Positions 17,143 through 25,891 of a stretch of DNA of 64,000 nt are shown piece after piece. The position numbers and the translations under genes were made by a program. Position 1 is the stretch's first letter, and each line of letters opens with the position of its first letter. The stretch comes from Anaerovorax odorimutans (GTDB lineage Bacteria; Bacillota; Clostridia; Peptostreptococcales; JAAYPU01). The notes beneath the pieces are model-generated. The model was not told the DNA's origin. It did not search any database and saw only the letters and a list, made by a program, of their open reading frames with translations. The DNA lies in assembly GCA_016841185.1 (NCBI GenBank), contig JAENZQ010000001.1, forward strand, positions 10,364 through 74,363, read 5' to 3'.

Positions 17143-19062
17143 TTAACTTATCATTTCTTTATATGCCTTCGCACAAAGAGGGGAAAGTCCCAAGGCTTCC
17201 AAAACTTCATTGCATTCATATATTGAATGCCCTCTATACGAATGGATAAGCTTTTTATACGCCAATTGCTGTGGAGTGTTATTGAGAGTATATCCGGCAA
17301 GCTTTAATATCTCTTCACTGTATGTAGGGCTTAGCTCCAATCCTATGCAGATTGCCACAACGGTTTCTAAAGTTGGATTGTTAAGTTCATTATTTTTTAT
17401 TCTGTCATATGTTTTTCCTGAAAGCAAAGTCTTTTCTATAAAAACAACCTTATTGTAGCCTTTTCTTTTGATATGTCCACATACCGCTTGGGAAAATGTC
17501 TGGGTTGTGCGGCTCAAATGCTGACCTTCTTCGACGAATTCTTCGTGAAATTTCTTTAGCTCTTCTGAACGATTAAATACCTCCATATTATGCTTGTCCG
17601 GATTAAATGTCGGCACTCTGTTATAATCCGGTGTAGCTTTACGGAACATTATAGAATCGAGGTATACTACAATGTCCATTTTGGAGGCTTTATTTAACTT
17701 TAAATCAAACAGAAGGCAACATTCATCTACATGCAGTTTTGCATAGTCTGTAAGATCAAGGCTTCCATTTTCTAATCTTTTAATATACTTGGAGTCATTA
17801 ATTACATAATGACCGTCAACATAAATAAAATTGCCGCTGTCTATGATCTTTGCAAATTCCGGATTTGCATAGTATTCAAAAAAGGAATCGCTTAGGCTAA
17901 TACTGTATGTTTGGTTATTTTGCAATGAGTCTGCCTTAAATGAATAATTGCTGATAAAGTGGTCATTAACGTATGTATATACGCCTTCAGCTTCCTTATA
18001 TCCAAGGTCAAGCATCCTTATTTTGGCTGCTATCCTTGACACCTGGAAGAAGTCAGCTAATTCATACAAGACATTTTCCATTATATTTAACCTGTCGTGA
18101 GTACCAAAAAGGAGCTCATTCTTTTTAATTAGCTCCTCAATCTTTTTGATAGTCGTTGATTTAGGCATAAGGATGCGAGGTGCGATTCCGTTAGCATGCC
18201 ATTCCATCCAGTCTTCTGGCGTCCATTGCTTTTTGTATTTAGTTGTTTCGTTTACTCTACAGCTTATGAGCAAAGCATCGCTGTTATATGTCTTAACTAA
18301 CTCATGGTATTTTCTATGCTTATACCAGTGAACACATTCATGAATAATGGTATTGTTCATGCACCCTACGTTTCGCATGAAATAAACATTAGGATCCACG
18401 AGAATAGTTCCTCTTGAAACTTCCAAAGGCTTATATGTTCTTTCATTTCTGTCGTAATATTCTATCGTACAATCTCCAAAAACTATTTGACCAAATATAG
18501 TGAAATGCTTTGTTAACTGGATTTCCTTAACCTTAAGCCCCATTCTTTTCGCTACTTCATCTACCGGAATAGGCACAGGAGTACTTAATGCTTCTGGGAA
18601 AAATTCACTTAGAAACTCGGTAGCAACATCGTCAAACTGTTCCTTTTCTATAATTGGCACTAAATACTCAGACAGTCGGCCTAATTTGCTTTCTCTGTAC
18701 TTGTTGTATATTGAAACAGAGTTGATTTGAAAATTCTGAATTCCGTCATCAAGATCAGCCTTACAGGAGATACGGAACCATTGTTCTATACCGTCATTTT
18801 CGCGATTCCTTCGCACTGTTTCTGCTATTTCAACTTCGGCTGAAACAATTACATCAAATAAAATACTATTGCCTGGTGAATCGGTTATGTCAATCGTTAT
18901 AATGTCAAAATCGGATAAAGCCGCTTCATCCGGTGATTGCACGCGGTATGAGTTGGATTCCAGCTTATCCGGGTTGTCCTCAATATACTCGGACAATTCG
19001 TCAAAGAGTTCATTGTAATACATATTTGCAATAACATCTCTGAACGAGCTGACGCTTGCCAT
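17143..19062 (-). CDS. Large ImmA/IrrE-family (M78-like) zinc metallopeptidase domain protein, 639 aa
   Basis: Start set to ATG at 19062 (GGGAGG 6 nt upstream; the track start is a TTG). HExxH motif ..NTIIHECVHWYKH.. in the middle of the protein, with about 230 aa N-terminal and about 340 aa C-terminal regions that I cannot assign. Divergent from an XRE HTH gene. Confidence 0.7.
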   Translation of the reverse strand: MASVSSFRDVIANMYYNELFDELSEYIEDNPDKLESNSYRVQSPDEAALSDFDIITIDITDSPGNSILFDVIVSAEVEIAETVRRNRENDGIEQWFRISCKADLDDGIQNFQINSVSIYNKYRESKLGRLSEYLVPIIEKEQFDDVATEFLSEFFPEALSTPVPIPVDEVAKRMGLKVKEIQLTKHFTIFGQIVFGDCTIEYYDRNERTYKPLEVSRGTILVDPNVYFMRNVGCMNNTIIHECVHWYKHRKYHELVKTYNSDALLISCRVNETTKYKKQWTPEDWMEWHANGIAPRILMPKSTTIKKIEELIKKNELLFGTHDRLNIMENVLYELADFFQVSRIAAKIRMLDLGYKEAEGVYTYVNDHFISNYSFKADSLQNNQTYSISLSDSFFEYYANPEFAKIIDSGNFIYVDGHYVINDSKYIKRLENGSLDLTDYAKLHVDECCLLFDLKLNKASKMDIVVYLDSIMFRKATPDYNRVPTFNPDKHNMEVFNRSEELKKFHEEFVEEGQHLSRTTQTFSQAVCGHIKRKGYNKVVFIEKTLLSGKTYDRIKNNELNNPTLETVVAICIGLELSPTYSEEILKLAGYTLNNTPQQLAYKKLIHSYRGHSIYECNEVLEALGLSPLCAKAYKEMIS

Positions 19063-19226
19063 ACCGTACCTCCCTAATAACATTTCATCATGCAGACCAG
19101 ATATTTCCTTATGTAAATTATAGCATAAATTGCGAAAAACACAATAATTAATTTGCGAACTCAAATTTTTGTTGTGTTTTAACCAGCTTTATGATATTCT
19201 TTATATTACAAGGCGAGGTGACAATT

Positions 19227-19442
19227 ATGGCCGTTAGCTATAAAAAACTATGGAAACTCTTAATTGATAAAGATATGAAAAAGAAAGATTTAAGAGAAGC
19301 GGCTGGTATTAGTACATCTTCTATGGCAAAACTCGGCAAAAACGAAAACGTAACTACTGATGTGCTTGTGAAGATTTGTAAGGCCTTAAAGTGTGATATT
19401 TCAGATATTATGGAGATTGAGCCGGATGACAAAGATAAATAG
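19227..19442 (+). CDS. Small XRE-family helix-turn-helix protein (71 aa)
   Basis: ATG at 19227 with GAGGTG 6 nt upstream. MAVSYKKLWKLLIDKDMKKKDLREAAGISTSSMAKLGKNENVTTDVLVKICKALKCDISDIMEI is a canonical Cro/C1-type HTH. Confidence 0.85.
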   Translation: MAVSYKKLWKLLIDKDMKKKDLREAAGISTSSMAKLGKNENVTTDVLVKICKALKCDISDIMEIEPDDKDK

Positions 19443-19479
19443 AGCTATGCTTATGTAAATACATAAAGGAGTGCGTATT

Positions 19480-22400
19480 ATGACTGCAAATCAGAAAAAA
19501 CTAATTAACCTGTTAAAAGAAATGTTCCAGTTCGATCAGGCTGACCTCGATTTTGGAATTTACCGCATCATGCGGATGAAACGGGAAGAGATCAGTCGTT
19601 TTATTGAAGAAGACCTTCCCGCGCAAATAACCAATGAGCTACGCGAACTTGTTTCGGTATCCGCCGAAGTTGATATGGCAGAAATTGACAAGCAGGTAAC
19701 AGACGCAAAATCTTTGAATATAAGCGAGACTGCAAAAGCTTCCATTATTGCTGAGCTTGAAGCAAAGAAAAAAGCTCTTGCAGAAAAGATTGACATATCA
19801 TCAGTAGAGGCAGATGTATACAACCATCTGACAAATTTCTTTTCCCGTTATTATGATGAAGGCGATTTTATCTCCCAGCGCCGCTACAAGGACGGTGCTT
19901 ATGCCATCCCTTATGAGGGCGAGGAAGTAAAGCTATACTGGGCAAACGCTGACCAGTATTATATAAAAACAAGCGAGTATTTCAAGGATTATACATTTAA
20001 GACCGCTTATGGGGATACTGTGCGCTTTAAACTGGTTGAAGCCGAAACTGAACAGGACAACAACAAGGCGAATGAAAAAAGGTTCTTTCAGCTCCATACA
20101 GAAAAACCGTTTGAATTAGTCGACGGAATTTTTACGATTTACATGGAATATAAAAACGGTGGAAAGAAAAATCAAGATGAATGCATCGGCGAAATCGTCA
20201 AGGCTTTTTCCGAGGCACAGGCTCGATATACACAGTTCTCCGCATTGTTAGCGACAAGTGATGGCAAAACGCTGCTTGAGCGGCAACTCAAACGGTATAC
20301 TGCGCGCAACACATTTGATTATTTCATCCATAAGGATTTGGGTAAATTCCTGCGTCGAGAACTGGACTTTTATATAAAAAACGATGTTATTTTCCTTGAC
20401 GATATTGATGAACAAGACGAAGCTAAGACAAAAGAGTATCTGACCAAGGCTAAAGTTATCCGCAAGATTGCTCACAAGATAATAGCTTTCCTTGCCCAGA
20501 TTGAGAATTTTCAAAAGAAGCTGTACCTGAAAAAGAAATTTGTGGTTGAAACAAATTACTGCATTACGCTTGACCGCATCCCGGAGGAATTGTATCCCGA
20601 AATTGCCGCAAACGACGATCAGCGTGAGGAATGGGTGCGCCTTTTTGCCATTGACGAAATCGAAGGCGATTTAACCCAGCCCACATACTCTGTGCCGCTG
20701 ACCGTAGAATTTTTAAAGGCAAACCCTTACCTTGTGCTGGATACGGCATTTTTCAGTGCGGAGTTTAAAGATAAACTTATCGCAGGCGTAGACAATTTGG
20801 ATGAAAACCTTGATGGGTTATTAATACATAGTGAGAATTTTCAAGCCCTTCAATTATTACAGACAAGGTATAAAGGACAAATCAAATGCATTTATATCGA
20901 TCCGCCTTATAACGCAAAATCAAGTGAGATATTATATAAAAATAATTATAAGCATTCCTCTTGGTTAAGTCTTATGTCAGACAGAATAAAAGCCTCTCAA
21001 ACACTTTTTAACGATAAACCTGTTTTTATTTGTGCAATTGATGAGGTTGAACAAGAACGTTTAGGTATATTACTTTCCCAATTATTCAATGAAAATTATT
21101 TTGGCAAAACCGCTGTAAGCATAGTTCATAATCCATCAGGACAGCAGGGAGATAATTTTTCTTATACCCACGAATTTGCATACTTCATTTATAATATTCC
21201 AGGAAGAAGCATTGCTGAGCAACTTAGGGAAGATCCAAATGAATGGGATAAGAGAAATTTTAGAGACGTTACGGGCGACGAATCCTTGCGAACAGCAGCT
21301 AAAACCTGTTTTTATCCTATCTTAATCAAAGATGGGACTATCATCGGTTTTGGGGATGTTTGTAATGATGATTATCATCCAGAAGTTAATGTATTTAGAG
21401 ATGATGGAGTTATCGAAGTATATCCGATTGATCCTCAAGGTATAGAAAGGAAATGGAGATTTGGAAGAGATACCGTAGAAACAATTAAAGATCAACTATT
21501 AGTCAACTATATAAACAATCGTAAAGTTTATGATATCCAGCGTTTAAAGAAGACGTTTAATTATAAATCATGTTGGCATGCCTCCATCTATTCGGCTAAC
21601 AATTATGGAACTCAACCATTAAATCAAATGTTTGGATATCAACCATTTTCATATCCAAAGTCAATATTCACTGTTAAAGATTGTATTTACGCTGGCCTTA
21701 ACGAGCAAAAAGCAGCCACAGTTTTAGATTTTTTCGCCGGCTCCGGCACCACTGCTCATGCAGTTATCAATCTTAACCGAGAAGATGGCGGAAGACGTAA
21801 ATATCTCCTTGTAGAAATGGGTGAATACTTTGACACCGTAACAAAACCACGTATTCAAAAAGTAATTTATTCTATGGATACCGAAACACAAAAAGGCTGG
21901 CGTGATGGTAAACCTGTTTCCCGCAAAGGTTCATCCCACGCATTCAAGTACCTGCGTCTCGAGTCTTATGAGGATACATTGAACAATATCGTACTCAGAG
22001 GCGGACAATACGATATGCTGGGCAGTGCCCGGGAGGGTTATCTCCTTTCCTATATGCTTGACGCTGAAGCTGAAGGAAGCAGCTGCCTGCTAAATATTGA
22101 CAAACTGGACAAGCCCTTTGACTATAAAATGAACATTACTCGTAATCTGGAGAGCCGCGAGCAGCCAGTCGACCTTGTTGAGACCTTTAACTACCTGATA
22201 GGGCTTACTGTTGCACGCAGCTATGCTCTCACAACCTTTGACGCCGAATTCATCATAGGCGAGTACGGTTCAGTTTCCGCTACCCTTAAAAATGGCAACA
22301 CCTATAAATTCAAGTCGGTTGAGGGCACTCTTCCGAACGGTGACAAAGCGCTTGTTATATGGCGCGAAATGACCGGCGATACTGTTAAAGACAACGCAGT

Positions 22401-22566
22401 TTTAGACGCATACTTCCGGCAGACGTTTGCCGATGCGCGTAGTTACAAGAAAATCTTTGTTAATTGCGACAATAACCTTCAGAACCTGCGCACAGAAAAC
22501 GAAAATTGGCGTGTTATCCTCATCGATGAGGAAATGAAAAAGCGCATATTTGAATACAGTGAGTAA
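19480..22566 (+). CDS. Type III Mod-like beta-class N6/N4 DNA methyltransferase with a long N-terminal extension (1028 aa)
   Basis: ATG at 19480 (AAAGGAG upstream). Motif IV IYIDPPYN (DPPY at 20899-20910) preceded by ..LLIHSENFQALQLL.., as in EcoP1I-type Mod. Motif I FAGSGTT at 21733-21753. About 470 residues precede DPPY. Confidence 0.85.
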   Translation: MTANQKKLINLLKEMFQFDQADLDFGIYRIMRMKREEISRFIEEDLPAQITNELRELVSVSAEVDMAEIDKQVTDAKSLNISETAKASIIAELEAKKKALAEKIDISSVEADVYNHLTNFFSRYYDEGDFISQRRYKDGAYAIPYEGEEVKLYWANADQYYIKTSEYFKDYTFKTAYGDTVRFKLVEAETEQDNNKANEKRFFQLHTEKPFELVDGIFTIYMEYKNGGKKNQDECIGEIVKAFSEAQARYTQFSALLATSDGKTLLERQLKRYTARNTFDYFIHKDLGKFLRRELDFYIKNDVIFLDDIDEQDEAKTKEYLTKAKVIRKIAHKIIAFLAQIENFQKKLYLKKKFVVETNYCITLDRIPEELYPEIAANDDQREEWVRLFAIDEIEGDLTQPTYSVPLTVEFLKANPYLVLDTAFFSAEFKDKLIAGVDNLDENLDGLLIHSENFQALQLLQTRYKGQIKCIYIDPPYNAKSSEILYKNNYKHSSWLSLMSDRIKASQTLFNDKPVFICAIDEVEQERLGILLSQLFNENYFGKTAVSIVHNPSGQQGDNFSYTHEFAYFIYNIPGRSIAEQLREDPNEWDKRNFRDVTGDESLRTAAKTCFYPILIKDGTIIGFGDVCNDDYHPEVNVFRDDGVIEVYPIDPQGIERKWRFGRDTVETIKDQLLVNYINNRKVYDIQRLKKTFNYKSCWHASIYSANNYGTQPLNQMFGYQPFSYPKSIFTVKDCIYAGLNEQKAATVLDFFAGSGTTAHAVINLNREDGGRRKYLLVEMGEYFDTVTKPRIQKVIYSMDTETQKGWRDGKPVSRKGSSHAFKYLRLESYEDTLNNIVLRGGQYDMLGSAREGYLLSYMLDAEAEGSSCLLNIDKLDKPFDYKMNITRNLESREQPVDLVETFNYLIGLTVARSYALTTFDAEFIIGEYGSVSATLKNGNTYKFKSVEGTLPNGDKALVIWREMTGDTVKDNAVLDAYFRQTFADARSYKKIFVNCDNNLQNLRTENENWRVILIDEEMKKRIFEYSE

Positions 22567-22578
22567 GGAGGCAGCATT

Positions 22579-25500
22579 ATGGCAAGAAGAAATAGGCAAC
22601 GTGCTAATGAGCCGCAATTAAAATTTTATCAAAAACTTCTGCTGAACCGCTACCTGCTCAGTCAGTTTAGTGTATCAAGTTTTAAAGAATTGGCTGCAGA
22701 ACTTAAGAAACCTGCCTTTGAAGAAATTGATAACGAAAGCGTTACCGGTTTTTACAAACAAATCGTTTCTCAACTCGGCACGAAATGCAAAATCCCTCAG
22801 GAAAAGCTGGCGGAATATGATTTGAATATAGTGGCCCATTTAAAGAAGATTAATGAAAGGCGGGATGAACCGCTTTCCCTCAAATACTTTCAATACCTCT
22901 CGCTGCTTTTTGTTGAGTACTACCTTGACAACTACTTCAATAACCGGCAAGGCTTACTTGACGGTCTAAATGAGCTTGTTGCCGATTTCAACGAGCAGTA
23001 CCTCAATGATGCAGTTGAGTTGTATGAAGAAAGTGACTTGAACAAAATTGCAATCTGGAACGCCACCGGTAGCGGCAAAACCCTGATAATGCACATTAAC
23101 TACCATCAGTACATTCATTATTCAAACTGTAAATTGCCGGACGGCGCTACATATATCCTTCTAACGCCAAAGGAAGGCTTATCCCTCCAGCATATTGAGG
23201 AATTTGAGGTATCTGGAATACCAGCTAAAATATATGATAAGTCAGCAAGCCGCTGGATGCGTTATGAAGGCGAAATTAGCGTTCTCGAGAATACAAAACT
23301 GGGAGAAAAGGATCAAGATACAATTGTATCTGTTAAGCGGTTTGGAAACCAGAATGTTGTTTTTGTGGATGAAGGCCACAGGGGGTCATCATCCGGTAAG
23401 GAAGGAAAATGGCAGAAATTTCGCGATGAGCTTTGCTCAGACGGTTTTTCGTTCGAATATTCCGCAACCTTTGGGCAGGCTATAGCTGCTTCCTCAGACA
23501 AATCACTTGCCAAACGTTACCAGAAGTGCATTATTTTTGATTATTCATACAAATACTTTTATCAAGACGGATATGGCAAAGACTATAACATCCTTAACCT
23601 TGCCAACGACAGCGATGAAGCAAAACGAAAGCTTTATCTGACAGCTTGCCTAATTGCGTTTTATCAACAAAAAAAGATATATTTGACATGCAAAAACGAA
23701 TTTGAACGCTTCAATATTGAAAATCCGCTGTTTGTTTTTGTCGGAGCTAGTGTAAATGCCGTCCGTACTGAGCGTGGACGCAAAGTTTCCGACGTTGTGG
23801 ATATCCTGCTGTTTTTCAAGGATTTTATTTCTAATACCAGTGAATCGGTTGCAAATATACAACAGTTACTATCCGGAAACACAGGATTGCTTGACAATCA
23901 TAATCGCGACATTTTTAGAAATGCTTTCCCATACTTGGAAAGCGAAGGGTTGTCCGCCGCTGATCTTTATAATGATGTTTTGAAAACAGTATTTAACTGT
24001 ACTTCCATTGGATCCATGCTCCATGTTGAGAATCTGCGCGGAATTAGCGGTGAAATTAGTTTACGTCTTGGCGAGAACGAACCCTTTGGTGTTATTAATG
24101 TCGGGGATGACAGTGCTTTATTAAAGCTATGTTCAGAAAACGGCTTCCATACAGATACCATATCATTCTCAGAGTCGCTGTTTCATAAAATCACAAAGCC
24201 GGATTCCACAATCAATATATTGATTGGCTCAAAAAAATTCACCGAGGGCTGGAACTGCTGGCGTGTATCGACAATGGGGCTTATGAATGTTGGCCGTAGC
24301 GAGGGAAGCGAAATTATTCAGCTTTTTGGACGAGGCGTACGTCTGAAAGGCTATTCACTGTCGCTGAAACGCAGCGCTTTTTATAAAAAGGAAAATCCAG
24401 AAATTTCTGTACCGAAGTATATAAGCATTTTGGAAACACTGAATATTTTCGGCGTCCGCGCTGATTATATGCATCAGTTTAAGGAATTCCTTGAAGCCGA
24501 AGGTGTTCCGCCCGAAAAAGGCCAACCGATAGTATTAACAATGCCGGTTATCCGGAACAAACTCTATAAAAAAGATAACCTGTACACATTGCGTGTCAAG
24601 GGCGGGCTTGATTATAGAAAGCATGCTAAAAAACCTTTTTTGAGATATGTTGAGGGTATCGTTGTTACGCTGGATTGTTATGCAAAGGTGCAGTTTGAAA
24701 CATCAAAAACACATTCATCAAGTGAGGTGACAAAAAATCAAACGACACTCAAACCCGAACATTTAGCTTTCCTAAACTATAATCGCATCTATTTCGAAAT
24801 ACTGCAGTATAAGAATAAAAAAGCGAGATACAATTTTAATATTAATAAAAATGATATATATGATTTGCTGAACAATCCTGAATATAACACCTCATGGTAC
24901 AAATTGCTCATTCCTGAAGATGAGCTGAAAATACGTAACTATGAAGACTACAGACGGTTTGAAAAGATAGCTGTTGCCTTGCTAATAAAATATTTCGACA
25001 GGCTCTATTACTTGGAGCGCAATCGCTGGGAATCGATGGTTGTTGGTTATGAGCTTGTCGCTATGAGTGATGAGGGTGATAATTTCCTGAACGAAGAAAA
25101 GGACGAATATACCATAAGCATCAGCAATACTGATGAAAATGAAGCCATGATTACCTGGCTTAAACGAATAATAGAAAAAGTAAATGAGGCGAAAGCGAAA
25201 AAACAAATCCTGGACTTTATTGAACAACGTGCTGACATGGAAGTTATCGGATTTCCAGCTCACTTATATGATCCTCTGCTTTATCTGGCAAAGAATAATG
25301 TGGAAATCGTTGTATCACCGGTGGCTTTAAACGAAAGCGAAGCAAAATTCATAAAAGATTTACGCCAACACCTTAAAGACAATGAAGCATTGTTTTCAGA
25401 TAAAGAACTTTACATTATCCGAAACAGGAGCAAAAAAGGAATTGGATTTTTTGAAGATAGCGGTTTTTATCCGGATTTCATTATGTGGCTTATTGTCAAT

Positions 25501-25779
25501 GGAAAACAATATATAACATTCATTGACCCACATGGTCTTAGGCAAGAAAGCATTACTTCAAGCAAAATCAGGCTGCACAAAAGCATTAAAACCAGTATTC
25601 AAAGCAAGCTTGCAGAACCATCGGTAGTGCTTAATTCCTTTATTTTGTCACCTACAAAATATGCAGAACTTCCGGACAGAAGTACCCCTAAAGCAGAGTG
25701 GATAGAAAATAATGTTCTTTTTATGGAGGACGTCAATTACATTCAGAGACTTTTTGACACAATTAAAAAACAAGCTTAG
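22579..25779 (+). CDS. Res-like SF2 helicase (ResIII/DEAH type) with C-terminal PD-(D/E)xK-like region (1066 aa)
   Basis: GGAGG RBS, 12 nt after the methyltransferase stop. Walker A ..NATGSGKT.. (23068-23082), motif II ..VFVDEGHRGSS.. (23368-23379), motif III SATFG, motif VI ..QLFGRGVRL... C-terminal ..GFYPDFIMW..(17 aa)..FIDPHG... Confidence 0.8.
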   Translation: MARRNRQRANEPQLKFYQKLLLNRYLLSQFSVSSFKELAAELKKPAFEEIDNESVTGFYKQIVSQLGTKCKIPQEKLAEYDLNIVAHLKKINERRDEPLSLKYFQYLSLLFVEYYLDNYFNNRQGLLDGLNELVADFNEQYLNDAVELYEESDLNKIAIWNATGSGKTLIMHINYHQYIHYSNCKLPDGATYILLTPKEGLSLQHIEEFEVSGIPAKIYDKSASRWMRYEGEISVLENTKLGEKDQDTIVSVKRFGNQNVVFVDEGHRGSSSGKEGKWQKFRDELCSDGFSFEYSATFGQAIAASSDKSLAKRYQKCIIFDYSYKYFYQDGYGKDYNILNLANDSDEAKRKLYLTACLIAFYQQKKIYLTCKNEFERFNIENPLFVFVGASVNAVRTERGRKVSDVVDILLFFKDFISNTSESVANIQQLLSGNTGLLDNHNRDIFRNAFPYLESEGLSAADLYNDVLKTVFNCTSIGSMLHVENLRGISGEISLRLGENEPFGVINVGDDSALLKLCSENGFHTDTISFSESLFHKITKPDSTINILIGSKKFTEGWNCWRVSTMGLMNVGRSEGSEIIQLFGRGVRLKGYSLSLKRSAFYKKENPEISVPKYISILETLNIFGVRADYMHQFKEFLEAEGVPPEKGQPIVLTMPVIRNKLYKKDNLYTLRVKGGLDYRKHAKKPFLRYVEGIVVTLDCYAKVQFETSKTHSSSEVTKNQTTLKPEHLAFLNYNRIYFEILQYKNKKARYNFNINKNDIYDLLNNPEYNTSWYKLLIPEDELKIRNYEDYRRFEKIAVALLIKYFDRLYYLERNRWESMVVGYELVAMSDEGDNFLNEEKDEYTISISNTDENEAMITWLKRIIEKVNEAKAKKQILDFIEQRADMEVIGFPAHLYDPLLYLAKNNVEIVVSPVALNESEAKFIKDLRQHLKDNEALFSDKELYIIRNRSKKGIGFFEDSGFYPDFIMWLIVNGKQYITFIDPHGLRQESITSSKIRLHKSIKTSIQSKLAEPSVVLNSFILSPTKYAELPDRSTPKAEWIENNVLFMEDVNYIQRLFDTIKKQA

Positions 25780-25781
25780 AA

Positions 25782-25826
25782 AGGCAGGCTGCTCATATAA
25801 TCATTTAGCTTGTCTTTGTTTTTCTG
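25782..25826 (+). terminator. Weak terminator-like hairpin after the helicase gene
   Basis: AGGCAGGCU-16 nt-AGCUUGUCU (9 bp including two G-U pairs that only work on the plus-strand RNA), followed by UUGUUUUUCUG. The long loop lowers confidence. Confidence 0.35.
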
Positions 25827-25891
25827 TATTAGGCTGTTGTTAATTTTTTTAACGGCTAAGTCTCTGCTAAATGATAGAAGGGGGGGTTATT

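Noticed and set aside
19480-22566. Phase-variable simple-sequence repeat in the Mod-like gene, as in Type III phasevarions
   Set aside because: Reading the gene I found no homopolymer longer than about 6-7 nt and no tetra- or pentanucleotide repeat tract.
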